DNA of 49,855 bases, from the NCBI RefSeq assembly GCF_001194135.2, contig NC_068998.1, forward strand, positions 18,328,888-18,378,742, given 5' to 3'. The notes under the pieces are model-generated. The model did no database searches, was not told the DNA's origin, and was given only the letters and a program-made list of their open reading frames with translations. The stretch's first letter is position 1; the number at the start of each line of letters is the position of its first letter. Positions 22,432 to 33,810 of this stretch are shown here, one piece after another. The position numbers and the translations under genes were made by a program. Source of the stretch: Octopus bimaculoides. Lineage: Eukaryota.

Positions 22432-23417
22432 TATAATTTTGAAATGCACATGGCATATAAAGAGAAAGTTATAGAAGAAAAAATTATACAATTAGCATTC
22501 ACTAGCTATACATTGTTTATATATATGTATACACACACACACGGATTGTTTCTTTTCAATTTTAGCTTTTGCTTTTTGGTTTAGATTTAATTTCCCCACT
22601 TCCTGGTGCTATTATCATCTGTAAATGTGTGAGGGAGAAGAAAAAGATTGAAGAATTGATCTTCTTCCCCAGCATGATACACTAACAAAGCATTTCACTG
22701 AATTTTTATTTTTCTGTTTATATATTCATTACCATAGCAAGCCATTAGTCCTACCATTAATCTAATATGCAAGATAAAATGCTATCAGATAATTTACACA
22801 TTGATTCTTTTCAATCAGAACAATTCACATACATATCTCATTGGCTCCAGGAACCCTCACACAACTGCTTAGTGCCAACAAAGGAATATTGTTCAGAAAT
22901 TGTTGCCTCTCATTTCATGGAAGATAGGAAATAAATTAATTACAATTTCATGAGAAATCTCGAGGAAATTAAACACCATCAGACATTATTAGTATCAACA
23001 AAACACAACGAGCAGTGACTGCTAAAGCTATATCAACAAATTAGCAAAAGGGATTGCAAAGAGAAGGTACTGTCAACAAGGAAACCTCTGTTCAGTCACA
23101 GAACCTGCATTTGAATACCCCTCAAATCACACCCTACCATTAAGAAAAAAAAAAGGGAGAAGAAGTGAATCAGATAATGTGATACAAAATACATTGTTAG
23201 TAAAATGGAAAAGTACAAGGAAGTTTATAGCTCTAGTACATTTTTCATCATGAGTCTTTTTGATTTGAACTGACCTGGGGACTAAACAACATTAATGACT
23301 GCTTGGATTTACAAAGAAACACTTAGTCCGGGTCAGCAAGAAATCATCATATTTGAGGGTGCTAACTCTAATGTTCAAGTCTTAACTAATATTGAATTGG
23401 TACTTTATCATTTCATG

Positions 23418-23675
23418 AGATAATAATAATAATAATACCAGGTAGTGGCTCTCATGGCTTTTGATCTTAACTGACTGGAAATGCTATCATGTATATGTTT
23501 TGTCTGGTATAAAAGATGGGCTGTAGCAAATTACCGATTTGCTTGCCAGTTGTTTCACCATAACCAGTCGAGCATGTCCCTTAGTGGCTGACAATATGCG
23601 CATCTCTGATCACGAGCAGAAGTAGTGGGGGAGCATCATAGCCATGCGTTGAGAGGAATTCTTTGGGGTTTGAAG
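23418..23675. repeat. Probable interspersed repeat (LINE 3' end-like) abutting (TAA)n
   Basis: Higher GC and CpG than the flanks, starting abruptly after (TAA)n. There is no second copy in the window. Confidence 0.35.
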
Positions 23676-24389
23676 ATGGCTAATCTTCTAGGTTTTAACA
23701 AAATCAGCTGCTAGATGTTGAAATTTTAGTGTCAATACCCAGAGAATTAAGACATTGAAGATATGGTATCAGTAACATGCTAGAATAATTAAGTTAATCA
23801 AATTCCTCAATTTTACAAGTAAAATCTAATCTAATGCCAGACCAAAAAAAAAAAAAATCAATATATAAATGTTGATGATCCTAGTTTCAGATTATTATGT
23901 AAAAAAAAACTATTTATTATCAACTATAATTAGTGCTGGTGATGTTGTTTAGTCCCAGGTCAGCCTTCCAGGCATCAAGTGTTGAGTGCTACAGTATCCA
24001 ATGTGTCCTTTCTTCTTTAAGATGCAGATGTAATTTGTGAGAGATGCGGCTGCAGTTTCTAGCAAGCATGTAGTAATTCCTTCATCGGGTTGTAACTAAC
24101 TAATCAAACAATTAGTGGTGACTTAAAGCGGTTATGTATCGTCCATGGTATTTGGTTGCTTTTAGTGTTGCATGGCAGCTCTTCTAGGACATAACAAGTC
24201 ATTTAGTCATTTATGTCCAGAAGGTTTTGTTGTTTAATGGTTCAATGGATATTTTATGCTTCAGTTTGGTCTGGAAATATACTCTGCAGCTGTGTTGTGT
24301 ATAGCAAAAACAGGAAAAAAAAGTCATACAAAACTAGTGATGATCTACATATGCAAAAATTATTCAGTGAGGTTCATTAATTTGGATCA

Positions 24390-24790
24390 GTTTGTGTAGT
24401 TAAGAAGCTTGCTTTACACCCACATGGTTCCAGGTTCAATCCTATCAAGCAGTTCCTTAGACAAGTGTTTTCTAATATTGGCTTAAGTTGACTAATGACT
24501 TGTGAGTGAAATTTTGTAGACAGAAATTGCTTGAATTCATTGTATATAAGAGAGAGGGGGGAGAGAAAGAGAGAGAATGTGAGTGAGTGAGTAAGTGACT
24601 GAGTGCATGCTGGGGTGTCAGTGCTTGTATATACTATTGTGCTGCAACCTTTTATATCATAAGGGCTGGTTGATTAAAAAAAAGTACCAGAGTTAAATAA
24701 GTACTGGGGTCAATGTGATTAACTCCAAAATCCAAGAAGGCATTGTCCAAATATGTCTGCAGTTTTATGAATGAAACCAATAAAAGAATA
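24390..24790 (+). mobile_element. SINE family A, degenerate
   Basis: gtgtagttaagaagcttgc...catggttccaggttcaat...gacaagtgttttct, plus the tail gaaaccaataaaaga. Confidence 0.7.
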
Positions 24791-25254
24791 GAAAAATAAA
24801 ATGATTTATACACTTAAAATCCTTGATGGTGTCCACAAAAGAAAAATGGAAAAAGTAAACTAGGTCATTGTAAATACATAGATACTCTGAACAATCAGAA
24901 TTTTTAGGAGTGGATGGTAGATTGTGATGTTGAAAAGGATGAGATTTTATATTAAAAAGTGTAGAGAGAGATGTGGGGTGTATAATGCAAACATGGGATG
25001 TTGTACGGTAGGATATTAACCTGACTTCAATATTGTTGCAGTTTTAACTGGATTCATCCTTTGTTTGCTTAACAAATCAAGCAAGACATGTAATTTGAGA
25101 AGTTAGGGAAATAAATTTTTTTTTTTTTAAATCAATGAAAATTTGTAAATAATTTAAACCGAAGATAAAATAGAATGTTTCTTCTAAAAAAAAAAAACCT
25201 GAAAGACAAAACAAAAATAAACGAATCTAAATGGGAGAATTACAGAGACTTGTT

Positions 25255-25445
25255 ATTGTTGAGCTGATGAGTAGGTCTATGATCAAAGGCATTCTAACCA
25301 TGGCCATCCTGTTAATTCACATATAGTTTTTCTCAGACTACATTTCAATATGTCCTTCCCCCCTCCTTTTTTTTTCTCCTTGTTTTAAAAGATGGTAGAG
25401 TGTGAGTCCAGAAAGATTTGGTTGGCATTTTCAGTAAGACAAGTA
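25255..25445. repeat. Interspersed repeat family F
   Basis: ctatgatcaaaggcattctaaccatg is shared with 30430-30460; related segments lie near 23935-24070, 31620-31690 and 41385-41575 (opposite orientation). Confidence 0.55.
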
Positions 25446-26359
25446 CCCATGTAGACATTCTTTCATTGGCTTGAATCCCTCCAACAGAGGTTAAAAAAAA
25501 AAAAACCTGTTTCAGCATATATGTTAATACACAGACACACACACATTGCACATACGTTTTTAAAAATGTATATAAGGTTACTTTTAAAGACAGAACCTTA
25601 GTAAAAAAAGACAATATTGTACACTGAATAGCCAAATAGAAACTACTAAAACAAGAAATACTCAAGTCCTCTTCATACATGACTGTGAATGAAATAATAA
25701 AGAGTCTACAGTCATACATGGCAAGAGAGAAAGTCAGAGAAGCATGCCATAAAAGAATGTTGACAGATATCTTTAACATGAACATGCAAGATACTCCAGC
25801 TGAAGAAATCAATATTGTCAACAAGACAGAAAGACAATATGGGTGCACCTCTTTGAATAAGCACTGGTTCTTCTTCTTGTGACACGGAGGCATTGCTAAA
25901 TGAAGATAGGCTGATGACAAATTGATTATTTTAGAACTAGCTTTGAGTTTGTAACATTTTTCATTGATTGACTCATTTTGTTTGATTTTCTTTTTCCTTT
26001 TTATTATCCTGACTCTGTTTCATTCTTTTCTCTTTTCTTTCTACCAGATATTTATTGATAAAAAAAAAAAAAAAGATTGGATTAGTTTCTGGAAAATTCA
26101 TTCTAGAAAAGAAATATCCATTTCACCAAATTCAAAGTATTCATTTCAATTTAATTTAATAACTGATTACAAGGAAGACTTGTCCCAGCAGGATCTTTGT
26201 AAACTGTTTTGAACTGTTTCAGTACGTATGACCTATTTTAGCAGGTGTGCTGGATGTTACCCCACCTGGGGAAAAAAAAAAAAAAATATTCAAAAAGTTT
26301 TTTACAAAACTGTATCTTGCATTTTATTAATATTTCATTTTACCTATGATAATATGCAC

Positions 26360-26363
26360 ATTA

Positions 26364-26439
<76 letters not shown>
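26360..26439. repeat. (TCTA)n(TA)n microsatellite
   Basis: Read directly. Confidence 0.95.
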
Positions 26440-26441
<2 letters not shown>

Positions 26442-26664
26442 TGATCATCATTTAACGTCCGCTTTCCATGCTAGCATGGGTTGGACGATTTGACTGAGGA
26501 CTGGTGAAAACCAGATGGCTACACCAGGCTTCAATCTGATTTGGCAGAGTTTCTACAGCTGGATGCCCTTCCTAACGTCAATCACTCAGAGAGTGTAGTG
26601 GGTGCTTTTACGTGCCACTGGCACGAAGCCAGGCAGCTGGTGCTCTGGCAACGATCACGCTCGG
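26440..26664 (-). mobile_element. Young RTE 3' UTR copy (family C) inside (TA)n
   Basis: CpG-rich tttaacgtccgctttccatgctagcatgggttggacg..., nearly identical to 32612-32773 over the shared length, with (TA)n on both sides. Confidence 0.9.
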
Positions 26665-26744
26665 TATATATATATATATATACACACACGCACACGCACA
26701 CACACACAAATGTGTATACACTCACATAACACAAAATAGCACAG

Positions 26745-26960
26745 ATGTACAAGGTTGAGCAAAAAGCCATCAAGAATAATATAAAGGTTGCAGAAAAAGC
26801 ATCTAGACGGCTCTGGCTGAAAAGAGGTAACCTGTGCAGTTAATAAGAGGCCACTTCAACACAGGCCTAAGTTTGATCACCTTAGGTCAAGTCACTTGGA
26901 TGGATGAGAATGTATGTTGTAAGAGCTGAAACACCCAGTGACTTCAGCACACAACATTGC
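26745..26960 (+). mobile_element. Hero-like (R2 group) non-LTR retrotransposon 3' end
   Basis: EQKAIKNNIKVAEKASRRLWLKRGNLCS* (26757-26843) resembles the Hero C-terminal AEKASRWLWIKR motif; a 3' UTR-like gaaacaccc follows. Confidence 0.6.
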
Positions 26961-27129
26961 TGCTGGGTTCAAGTATTACATAGAACTAAATATTTATATA
27001 GAACATGTATCTCTTCTATATCAAGACACCTCCCTCTATCCCTCTAATATTTTTTTAACCTCTCGCCAACTGACACAAAGCCATCTCCCTCAATCCTATT
27101 CTCGTTCAATCAATGGGACTTTGTCTTGC

Positions 27130-27355
27130 AGATTATTTGATGACTCTGCAGGTGATGGTACCACAAAAAAGGCACCCAGTACACTCTGTAAAGCAGTTGG
27201 TGTTAGGAAGGGCATCCAGCCAGAGAAACCAAACCAAAACAGACAACAGAGCTTCACACAATTTTCTGGCTTGCCACCTCTAGTCAAGCCATCCAACACG
27301 TGCCAACATGGAAAATGGACGTTAAATGAAATGATGATGATGATGAGGATGATGT
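27130..27355 (+). mobile_element. RTE 3' UTR copy (family C)
   Basis: gcacccagtacactctgtaaagcagttggtgttaggaagggcatccagcc...ggacgttaaatg followed by (ATG)n. Confidence 0.85.
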
Positions 27356-27512
27356 AGATAAATCTAGTTATGTAATTGAAAAGAGATTGCCTTCAATGGT
27401 TTATTCAACCACTGGCTCAATAAGCCATTTAAGGTGAAACAAGAAATCCCAGTCAAATCAATATTGTGTGTGTGTGTGTGTGTGTGTGTTCTAATGCCCA
27501 TCTACACCCTCT

Positions 27513-27910
27513 TTGTCCCACCCTCCACCTGCATACACTAAACCTACCCACTTCCCACCAACACGAAAACAAAAAAGGAATGACACCACACACAATGTTT
27601 CAGAAACTTCCCCTCCCACTGAGTGTTATGCATGTGTTCTTTACCGTGAGGCAGAGGAAGAACTGCGAGAGACAGTGTATAAATGGGAAGATGTAGTATG
27701 TGTGGTTGTAAATGACAAGGAGTATGGTGTACATACATGTATGTTGATAAAAGAAAAACAGTTTAACAAAATTAAAAAAATTCAATGATGGCTATGAGGC
27801 ATGGAAGGTAAACTATAACATGGATAAGTTGCCTAGAGAGATAGATTATAAGGATCTCAAAAAACGTTATGGTCTAGACATAATGAAGAACAGAAAAAAA
27901 GGAAAGTAGG
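27513..27910 (+). pseudogene. Unassigned coding-like relic with one frameshift
   Basis: A 91-aa ORF (…ECYACVLYREAEEELRETVYKWEDVVCVVVNDKEYG…) continues across an A run in the +1 frame as FNDGYEAWKVNYNMDKLPREIDYKDLKKRYGLDIMKNRKKGK*. No family recognised. Confidence 0.3.
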
Positions 27911-28045
27911 TGACGTTACTTGATGGGGCAGGTAACATCGTCTCCATTTCTCATTTTCATCCTTCCATCTCATCATATGTTATATTTTTTTTTGCCAATC
28001 ATTTGTTCTATGTCCCCAATGTTTTGTATGTCCCCCTCTGTGTTG

Positions 28046-28140
28046 GCCCGTAATGGACAGTAATAATGGAAACGAGAATCTCGCGAGCGAGCGCGGAAGG
28101 CACGTGCGACTAGGTCGAACAGGCTGCGTGCATACGTACA
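28046..28140. promoter_or_regulatory. CpG-dense motif cassette (candidate promoter-like element or young repeat fragment)
   Basis: 12 CpGs in 28049-28136; TCTCGCGAG at 28079-28087, CGGAAG at 28094-28099 and GCACGTGC at 28100-28107. Confidence 0.3.
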
Positions 28141-28294
28141 TACATACATACGTACGTACATATGTATGGGTTCATAATCCTTTAACCAAACTCCTAAACA
28201 TGAGAACCTTCAAAATTTGTATGTTTTTCAACTTAGAAAATCCCCTACAAATGGAAAACTCTAGAAAGCACTGAGAAGATTTCCTAGTAATGTA

Positions 28295-28710
28295 CAGTAA
28301 TGTGGACTATTCAAGGGCTTTTCATTTATTTGATGCAAATTCACTCATCTTGGTTGGCTTTCCCAGCCCATTTGAATTGGAGCTGATTTAATTTACTGTC
28401 AGTAGCTGTCATAGCTTTACACACATATGAATTGCCACATGAGATGTGCTCTATTCTGTGTAGAAAATGTTGAAATGGCCTACAGATATTAGAGTGCATA
28501 AATGTGAAAAAGAAATAAATATATAAAATAAAAAGAAGTATTCATGCTAATCAATTATTGAAAAACTATGACAGCAGTATTAGTTTGAAGTGTCTGACTC
28601 AGGAGTTTGATGTTAGAACTACCAATGTATATGACCTCAAGAAACAGAAGGACCGATTGCTGAAGTTCTATAAAACTGATACACAAAAGTTAAGGAAAAA
28701 TAGAAAAAAA
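28295..28710 (+). mobile_element. Tigger/pogo transposon 5' fragment (CENP-B/Jerky-type HTH N-terminus)
   Basis: TA-CAGTA terminus and a decayed start at 28467. The peptide SISLKCLTQEFDVRTTNVYDLKKQKDRLLKFY.TDTQKLRKNRK resembles the Tigger7/JRKL N-terminus. Confidence 0.85.
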
Positions 28711-28711
28711 C

Positions 28712-28790
28712 ATTTATCATCATCATCACCCCACCACCACCACCACCACCACCACCACCATCATCATAATCATCATTATTATTACCACCA
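28712..28790. repeat. (CAT)n(CAC)n(CAT)n(TAT)n compound repeat
   Basis: Read directly; it truncates the Tigger fragment. Confidence 0.95.
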
Positions 28791-28904
28791 ACAGTCACTG
28801 GACATTATCGTTTCAAGTCCCAATACTCATAGGGCCAGTTACACAGTTTCCATGACATATACCAGTTTACAACATTTACAGCTCATTTATAGTTAAGTGA
28901 ATTG

Positions 28905-29012
28905 GAGCAACATGAAATAAAGTGTTTCGTTCATGGAACACAATGCAATGCCTGGTCTGGAAACCAAAACCATGACCTTGTGATTGTGAGTGCAACACCC
29001 TAACCACTAAGC
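28905..29012 (-). mobile_element. SINE family E-like head
   Basis: The reverse complement reads catggcttagtggttagggtgttgcactcacaatcacaagg...attgtgttcc...ttgctccaattcac. Confidence 0.7.
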
Positions 29013-29089
29013 CATGCACAAAAATATAAAGATCATGATCATGAGCTGATAAGAGTGAATTAGTCAGCACCGAAGTGAATCTACTGATA

Positions 29090-29471
29090 CTCTTTTACTT
29101 GTTTCAGTCATTTGACTGCGGCCATGCTGGAGCACTGCCTTTAGTCGAGCAAATCAACCCCAGGACTTATTCTTTGGAAGCCTAGTACTTATTCTATTGG
29201 TCTCTTTTGCCGAACCGCTAAGTTACGAGTACATAAACACAACAGCATCGGTTTTCAAGCAATGTTGGGGGGACAAACACAGACACACAAACATATACAC
29301 ACACATACATATATATGACGGGCTTCTTTCAGTTTCCGTCTACCAAACCCACTCACAAGGTTTTGGTCGGCCTGAGGCTATGGTAGAAGACACTTGCCCA
29401 AGGTGTCATGTAGTGGGACTGAACCCAGAACCATGTGGTTGGTAAGCAAGCTACTTACTACGCAGCCACAT
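29090..29471 (-). mobile_element. SINE family A, young near-full-length copy
   Basis: CpGs are retained and the copy has a complete head, (TA/CA) spacer, body and aagtaaaagag tail. It serves as the reference for the other A copies. Confidence 0.92.
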
Positions 29472-30639
29472 GAAACAAGAAAATGTCTATCAGAATGAAT
29501 GGAATACTGAAGTGAACTGAATATTCACAAAACTGGTTACCAAAATTTAAGGAAAGCAATTGTTTCCATCAATTATACTTCTTTTATAAAAAAATATATA
29601 CAACAAACTTAATACAAAATACAGAAAAAATGAAATGTTTAAATCAATATAAAAGACAGCTCATAAGAGAAAAATAGTAAAATTTCTGAACAGTAATGTT
29701 TTAAAATATATAAGTAAATCAGTAAATTAATAGAATATCATGGTTGTCAGAATGTTGGCAAGGTCTGACTTTATTAACAGCTAGAAGAAAGATAACAATG
29801 TCAAAACAATGCCAAGTACTTACAACTACTACGTGGGTGAATGGATGATAAACAAACACTAAACAGTAAACAAGGTAATGGCAGTGATTTACTCCTTGGA
29901 GGAGAACCAGATATAAGTGATACACTTTGACAGTAACTGAACTACAAACAAATATAGAAATAAATGAAATCAATCTACTGTGAAATTCTTTTCTTTTTAT
30001 AAGTTAATATGCTGTTGGGGTTGCTATCTGCATAATCATCCTTATCATGCATTCAAGCTAAATCAAATTCATTTAGAGGGAAGAGTATCAAAAGTTGGTA
30101 GTTGTTAATAACAGATACTGTAAACTCCACAGATAAAATGCTACCAAGGACTTTCATCTTAAGATTAAAGCAAAAAGCGTCACTTCAGCATGAGGTAAGT
30201 AATGAAATTGATGGCTAGTTATATTTCCCAGGATGGTGAACCTAATCAATCATGCTGGAAACCAAGTCCGATCTCTCTTTTGATCTATCTTTGGCACCAG
30301 ACTGAGCATTCATGAAAGATGAGAGCTGCTGAAGAACATATACTAAAGGTCATACTATTGCATTTGTCTTGTTGTTTGAATTAGAAACAATTATTTGGGC
30401 CCCCCCCCCTGGTATGCCTTGACTGAACAGACCTATGAACAAAGATATTCTAACCATGACTGTCCCATCATTTTCTCTTCAAAGCATAGTGTTTCAGAAC
30501 TACATTATCATTTAACATACTTTATTCAATGATGCGGCTGCAGTCAAATGACTGAAACAAGTAAAGGATTAAAGATATATAACCAATTGGTGGTTATCCA
30601 CTGCTCCTTTGTTTGCACATTACCAAACAAAACTGGTAT

Positions 30640-30880
30640 ACAACAATGACAGACCTTAATCATATTGATGATATTGCTCTCTTCATACTATTCCACACTA
30701 TCTGCAAGTCAAACTGACAAAACATGTGGTTCAAAGTGATATAGCTAACCCATGGATTGGAAAGTGTGGAATAATATCATCACCAGAGTCCATCATCCAG
30801 CGGCACCCACAGCAGCAAGCATATCGGTTGAGAGGACAACCTCTACATCCAGTCACCAGCTAAGGATTTTACTTACTTTC
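30640..30880 (+). mobile_element. Internally deleted RTE fragment, same family as 13405-13855
   Basis: An RT-like DLNHIDDIALF is followed by ggaataatatcatcaccagagtc...gagaggaca.cctc...ccagcta.ggattttactt, matching 13745-13850. Confidence 0.7.
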
Positions 30881-31427
30881 TTACTAATATAACTAACCCA
30901 AATACTCATCAATTGATTTTACAGGCAAGCACAAATGTATCATTTACAGTCAAGTCTATGATGTTGAAATGTAGAAAATTAATGGACATTTAATTTAACT
31001 CATTCTACCAAATGGCCAATCCCAAATAAGATTAAGAAATGCATAAACTTCAACTGAGTTGCATTGCCTCATCTGATGCTCAGTCTATGGTCTGGAAGTG
31101 ATATCAAACTGCTCCTCAAAATCTATGATTCACACACTTGTTTACTATTTTTTTACCCAGCAGGTGTGGAGTCTACTAGATTCTAGTGTTTGAGTCTAGA
31201 TTTTAGTGTGGATTCTAGTCTAGATTCTAGTGAAGAACACTGCATGTTCATCTCATTGACTGAGTGCAGAAGTGTGATTGCTAAATACATTGTTCAATGA
31301 GGCCAATTCTGTATGAACTCAACCCATTCCCTTTACTGATTTACCCAAGCATATCAACATCTACCACATATTTTTACTGGTGTTGTTTAGCTCTACTTTA
31401 GTTCTAATTGAATAAATCTATAACTCT

Positions 31428-31612
31428 TTCTAATTTAGGCACAAGGCCAGCAATTTTGAAGAGACAAATTGATTATATTGACCCCAGTACTTGACTGGCA
31501 CTTATTTTATTTGACCTCAGCAGAATTTGAACTCAGAGTGTTAAGAGTCAGAAGAAGTGTTGCTAGACATTTTGTCAAACATGCTAATGATTCTGCCAAC
31601 TTGCCAACTTAA
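31428..31612 (-). mobile_element. SINE family B, degenerate
   Basis: ttgaccccagtac...gacctcagcagaatttgaactcagag...gctaatgattctgccaac. Confidence 0.8.
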
Positions 31613-31938
31613 ATAGCTTTATAATCAAAAGAATTCTATCCATGCCATTTATTCAAACACAGTGTCCTTTTTTTTTAAGATGGCTGAGTAAACTTAAGCA
31701 TACAATCTGACAGTGCCACAATGCTGGGCTATTAAAAATACAGATGTATGTCATCAAGACAAATCTTATATTATATCTGTCCAAATATTCTTGTTCTTCC
31801 CCAATGGTTCACAGATTTATTTCAAACTGGCTATGACTTGGCCAGTGACACCTAAGAGTGGTTGTTTGGCAGCTGTCCAAGTCATGGGTTCAACTGAAAG
31901 AGTTTAAGTATGCAAAACCTATTTCATAGTTTTACATT

Positions 31939-31941
<3 letters not shown>

Positions 31942-32010
<69 letters not shown>
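31942..32010. repeat. (CT)n(CA)n microsatellite
   Basis: Read directly. Confidence 0.95.
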
Positions 32011-32011
<1 letters not shown>

Positions 32012-32611
32012 AATAATTGAACTGAATTATTAGATAAATATATTTATTTATGTGAACTGTCTCTGTAACAATAAATTGAGTCAAGACATAATTAACTCCT
32101 TTACAACGTGATCATTTCTTCTTAGTATAGTATATTTGTGTGTGTGTGTGTGTGTGTGTAAAAGCATGTGGATATAAGTGCACATATATTCATATATATA
32201 TATATGTGAGTATACTGATGTATGTTGTGAGGGAATAAGAGAAGGAAAAAGCAAGGACAAAGAAAAAGAGAGCTGGAAGGAGATTAAACAATTTACTCCC
32301 GTTTGTTAATCTAGTGAGGTTTTTTGTAACTGAAATCCGAATATTTTGTAGTCTGAAGACAATCTCTTTCAGAATATAAAGACAAAAGGTTACTTCAGAT
32401 TAGTTTAAAATAGCATTACCATTATTATTTCAATATAATTTTAACTAATCGGTTTGGCATTTCTTTTGCTTGTTTTTTTTTTCTTCAAATTTATATTATT
32501 ACATTATATTATTCTATTCAAGATTTCTATACCACACAAACAGGAATGCAAACAGCAACAACAACAACACCCACCACCACAAAACCCCCAGGACCTGCAT
32601 ATATATATATA

Positions 32612-32773
32612 TCATCATCATCATCATCATCATCGTTTAACGTCCGCTTTCCATGCTAGCATGGGTTGGACGACTTGACTGAGGACTGGTGAAACCGGAT
32701 GGCAACACCAGGCTCCAATCTAAATTTGGCAGAGTTTCTACAGCTGGATGCCCTTCCTAACGCCAACCACTCA
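32612..32773 (-). mobile_element. Young RTE 3' UTR copy (family C)
   Basis: (CAT)n then cgtttaacgtccgctttccatgctagcatggg; the tail abuts (TA)n. Confidence 0.9.
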
Positions 32774-32945
32774 AAACAGAAAATAGAACTGCTGGGTACT
32801 CCACACATCCTACATAGAGCACTTTCTATACAATAAAAGTAACAACAAACAAACACAGCACATAACCAAGGTCCATATAGTTGCGTTTGGTAGTGCAGTG
32901 AAAGCTTTCAATAACAATAAGACTATTGAAAGATAATAAAAGTAA

Positions 32946-33432
32946 TCAGGTCAGGTCAGATATGGGGGCATATGCTGTTGCAGTGCATTGCTGAATTCAC
33001 CATTTGTCGATATATCCCTGGGTCTACACAGATAACCCATCAAGCAGAGTCCCAGTCAATCCCCATCCATAAGATACCTCCTCATCTGCTGTGACCATGT
33101 GTCATGTGGTCAAACAACACAAACCATCAACCCAGCCAGATCCTTGGTGAAGAGAACATGGTAAGCAGGGTCTAACTCAGAAAATCGAGCGATATGACCA
33201 AACAGTCTGAGCTGGTACTCCCAAATCATACCAGTAACAAGATGCATCCCAGTTTCTGAGTTTGAGTCACTGTTTGGATACAAAATCTGACCAATTGTAA
33301 CCCATAATCCTGCAAAGCATCCTGGTACCAAAGGATTTTAGGCAGCTCCTAAGGGTCTCAGACAGTGTCCAAGTCTCACAACTACAGAGCAGGACAGGGA
33401 GCATCAGAAACCTAAAGACCTGAACCTGAACG
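32946..33432 (-). mobile_element. RTE LINE 3' part with a (CCTGA)n tail
   Basis: The minus strand translates to QVQVFRFLMLPVLLCSCETWTLSETLRSCLKSFGTRMLCRIMG and later QLRLFGHIARFSELDPAY, and ends in tctgacctgacctga. Confidence 0.9.
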
Positions 33433-33469
33433 GAGCATGAAATCATCTGCTTGTGTCTCTGAGGCCAGA

Positions 33470-33810
33470 GCCATCAAGGTTCATGTCAAACAGGTCATTT
33501 GACTCAGTGGACAGGGATGTACATTAGAGGATTTTGAGGCTGCGAGGTATACCCCAACTGATTGGGCTGATGATGGCCTTGTATACCAGAACAGCCTATG
33601 TGGTTCAGATTGGGGGCTCAACATCTGAATTTTTCTCAGTCAAATCTGGGGGAGTCCATCAGGGTTGTGTCTTGGCTCCCACTCTGTTCAATGCCTGCAT
33701 GGATTGGGTACTTGGCTGAATGGTGGCTCAGATGAGTTGTGGTGAACTCATTGGTGAATCTAGGATTACAGACTGAGATTTTGCTGATGGTGCAGTTATT
33801 CTTGCAGAGG
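33470..33810 (+). mobile_element. RTE reverse transcriptase fragment, inverted relative to the adjacent 3' part
   Basis: FDSVDR..RILRLRGIP..IGLMMALY...SEFFSVKSG/VHQGCVLAPTLFNACMDWVLG...DFADGAVILAE. Confidence 0.9.

Noticed and set aside
31141-31170. Strong-looking NAGNAG splice acceptor
   Set aside because: The downstream sequence is a stop-rich minisatellite with no matching donor.
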